Below, one piece after another: positions 33,100-35,518 of a DNA stretch of 35,518 nucleotides. The translations under genes and the position numbers were made by a program. How positions within the stretch are numbered: position 1 is the first letter of the stretch; the number at the start of each line of letters is the position of its first letter. A model generated the notes under the pieces. The model saw only the letters and a list, made by a program, of their open reading frames with translations, was not told the origin of the DNA and did no database searches. Source of the DNA: Octopus bimaculoides (Eukaryota); contig NC_069000.1 of assembly GCF_001194135.2 (NCBI RefSeq), forward strand, positions 42,368,337 through 42,403,854. Direction: 5' to 3'.

Positions 33100-33604
33100 C
33101 CACGACCACCACCGCTGTCGCAATACACTCAGCTAATGAAGAGCACCTTTTGAACAAGCATCGGTCGGTTTCAGATGTCTACCAGAAGCATCACCAAGAC
33201 TCCAAGGATGAGCAGAAAGCAGTGGAACCAGCGTTCGAGGGATGGATGCAGACGGCGCTAAACCGAATCAGGACGGTCTCTTTACGGCCGCAACAACTGC
33301 AGTATCGCCTTCATCATCATCATCATCACCACCACCATCAGCAACAACAGAGGACATTCTCTACATCAAACTGGTTTTCAAATTCTAAAGGGCCCATTAC
33401 CCCAGAAAACAAAACAGAAACACAACAAACATCAACCACAATTCCAGCCCCAGATACTGTCAGTAGTACCAGTGACGCCCCTATCGAACTAACCCGCAGA
33501 CAACAACTACAAAGAGCTGTCAAAGAGTATGGTTCTACTGTCATGGTTTTCCATATCACGATCTCCCTCATGTCTCTTGGCGGCTTTTACCTTGCAGTCT
33601 CCAG
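33100..33604 (+). CDS. FAM210B: Coding exon of FAM210B-like (DUF1279) mitochondrial membrane protein; last exon outside window
   Basis: Peptide RRQQLQRAVKEYGSTVMVFHITISLMSLGGFYLAVS matches my recollection of FAM210B (SQQLKKIFQEYG..G..LHIGISLISLG.FY.VVSS). Phase-2 donor TCCAG|GTATCC at 33605 would complete the conserved Ser. Strong phase-1 acceptor (long pyrimidine tract, CCCTACAG|) at 33099. The 5' boundary is uncertain. Confidence 0.85.
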
Positions 33605-33804
33605 GTATCCCTATTTATTCCTTCTCGTTGTTGCTCTCCCTCTTTTCATCTTATTTTCCTTTATGTTCACTACATTAAATTCGTATGCGGCTCAGTTTTA
33701 CAAATTTGTCAGGCTGCTGGTCCACCACTCAAAGAGGTTGATAGTTTGTATCTCTTCACCTCATTGTGTTTGTGATACAAGTCACTTACACTGCTTTTGT
33801 TTCC

Positions 33805-33933
33805 ATTCATTTTGAAAATAACAAAGAATTTAATAAAATAACTTCATCATTGTTAAGCTGAAGTTTAGAACATAAACTGACATGAAACTCTGATGCAAGA
33901 TATTAAGTTTCGGGCAGTTTGGTATCAAAAGGG
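33805..33933 (-). mobile_element. Partial piggyBac-type MITE related to 20960/21195
   Basis: Ends TGGTATCAAAAGGG|TTAA and shares the TTTATGTTC(C)TAAAC and AAGTTATTTTA motifs. Confidence 0.6.
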
Positions 33934-35127
33934 TTAATGAAGGATTTCCTTGGGCGGGTGGAGATTGGTGATTGGTAGTTAAAGTTGACCTAGAACTTGA
34001 AAGTAGTAGGTGAATGGGGGTAGATTAGGGTTTGGTAGAAACAGCTAATTATGCCCCAATAACTTGAAGGAGGTTGGCTTTGTGAAATTTGTTTGGTAAT
34101 TTATAAAACCCAAATTTTTTTAAGAATGAATGTACATACTTTTTAATCTGTCTATAATTTGTGGGTTGACATGCAATACGTCATCTATCATCACGGTATA
34201 GCCCTGAACCTGTACTCATGAAATGGGTCCTCAAGTTGTGTAAAGTGTAGGATCCTATGAGATCACTTACTTCTACAGAGTCATTTACTCCCATACTAAC
34301 ACCAGTTGGAGTATCAGGATTTTTGATGTTATAAATAAATCTATCATGAAGCACTGAAGATTGGTGTAGTTATCAGTCAAGTGTATAACAGAGGCATGGT
34401 TTGAATTCCTTGTATGATTTTGCTGTTACTATTTGATTGCATCATGGATTGGCAGAATTGATAGAGCATCAGCTAAAATACTTTGTGATATTCGTATCAC
34501 TATGTTCTGATTTCTTTCCTGTCAAGGTTCACTTTGTCTTTCAACCTTCAGTGGGTGGAGACAATGAAATAAAGAACTAGTTAAACACTGGGTTCAACAA
34601 TGTAATTGACTAACTCCCTCCTGGCAAATTTGTGGTTTTTTGCTCTTGTTAAAATTGATTATTTTCTTATATGTCATTTCTGTTTATTAAAATTTGTCAT
34701 TGTCCTCCTGAATAAAGCTGTTTGGATATTCTTAGTCGTTCAGCTAAGGAATTTGTAAACTGAAAAACTATTCTATATGTTTGAAGACAAGATGTTTTGT
34801 TTTGTGTTTCAGGCATTGTTTACAACTTACAGAAAGTTTCACCTGCAGGACAGCATAACTGCATCTGTCCAGAATTATCAGGTTGTAGGATGTAGCTATT
34901 CTCTGGTGATTCTGGATAAACTGTGCTGTCCTCCAGATGAAACATCTTACGCAGATATGTGTGTGTCTGTGAATGTATATATATTTATGCCTGTATGTTT
35001 GAATGTATATTTATATGTATATGCATGCATGAATGTGTGTATGTATATATTTATGTGCATGTGGGAATATATAAATATGGGTGTATGTGTATGCATATAT
35101 ATGAGTGAATGTGTGTGTGTATATACT

Positions 35128-35158
<31 letters not shown>

Positions 35159-35176
35159 GCTTGTGCGTGTTTGTAT

Positions 35177-35518
35177 GACTGGTGTAGCAGCATCATAGTC
35201 AACTGCTACAAAGGTAAAGGGGACGCTTTAGATACAAATAATTACAGAGGCATCAAGCTGTTAGATCAGGTTATGAAAGTTACAGAGAGGGTCATAGCCC
35301 AACTAATTAGGGAGCGAATCAATTTAGATGAGATGCAGTTTGGGTTCGTGCCAGGTAAAAGCACTACTGATGCCTTATTTCTAGTGAGACAGTTGCAAGA
35401 GAAATACCTAGCTAAGGATAAACCTCTGTACCTGGCTTTCGTTGACATGGAGAAAGCCTTTGACAGGGTCCCCCGATCCCTTATCTGGTGGTCAATGAGG
35501 AAACTTGGGATAGAAGAA
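35177..35518 (+). mobile_element. RTE-clade LINE reverse transcriptase (runs off window end)
   Basis: 114 open codons: DWCSSIIVNCYKGKGDALDTNNYRGIKLLDQVMKVTER...MQFGFVPGKSTTDALFLVRQLQEKY...LYLAFVDMEKAFDRVPR. Not in the ORF track because it is unterminated. Confidence 0.95.

Noticed and set aside
33605-33815. Hydrophobic tail of the 281-aa ORF
   Set aside because: Similarity to FAM210B stops at the conserved phase-2 donor; this is intron read-through.
34350-34390. CTGAAGA hammerhead-like core
   Set aside because: No GAAA or stem III follows; too degenerate.
34813-34880. Possible exon 3 after TTTTGTGTTTCAG|
   Set aside because: In the required phase it reads RHCLQLTESFTCRTA* with no FAM210B similarity. 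At most it is a cryptic or poison exon.

Overview
Eukaryotic, AT-rich, microsatellite- and N-gap-rich scaffold. The SINE, MITE and LINE families look like those of octopus (coleoid cephalopod); this is inferred from recognition, not from a search. One protein-coding gene is supportable, on the + strand. It has a ~370-codon first exon (17371-18481) with a mitochondrial-presequence-like N-terminus, a ~14.6 kb intron, and an exon (33100-33604) that enters the FAM210B/DUF1279 domain. The last exon lies beyond the window. The gene is the most unusual feature: it is about three times longer than vertebrate FAM210B, has a C-x8-C-x9-C-x7-C motif, a second internal presequence-like segment, and competing 3' splice sites that give either a fused precursor or two separate ORFs. 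The rest is mostly transposon debris: four or more SINE families, RTE-clade and R4-like non-LTR fragments, mariner/piggyBac/hAT MITEs, three GG-ended 8-bp-TSD (Merlin-like) elements clustered just upstream of the promoter (one carries telomeric repeats), two Penelope-type minimal hammerhead ribozyme motifs, and several long fold-back structures. Nearly all other ORFs in the track are microsatellite or gap artefacts. No CRISPR array, rRNA or true tRNA gene was seen.
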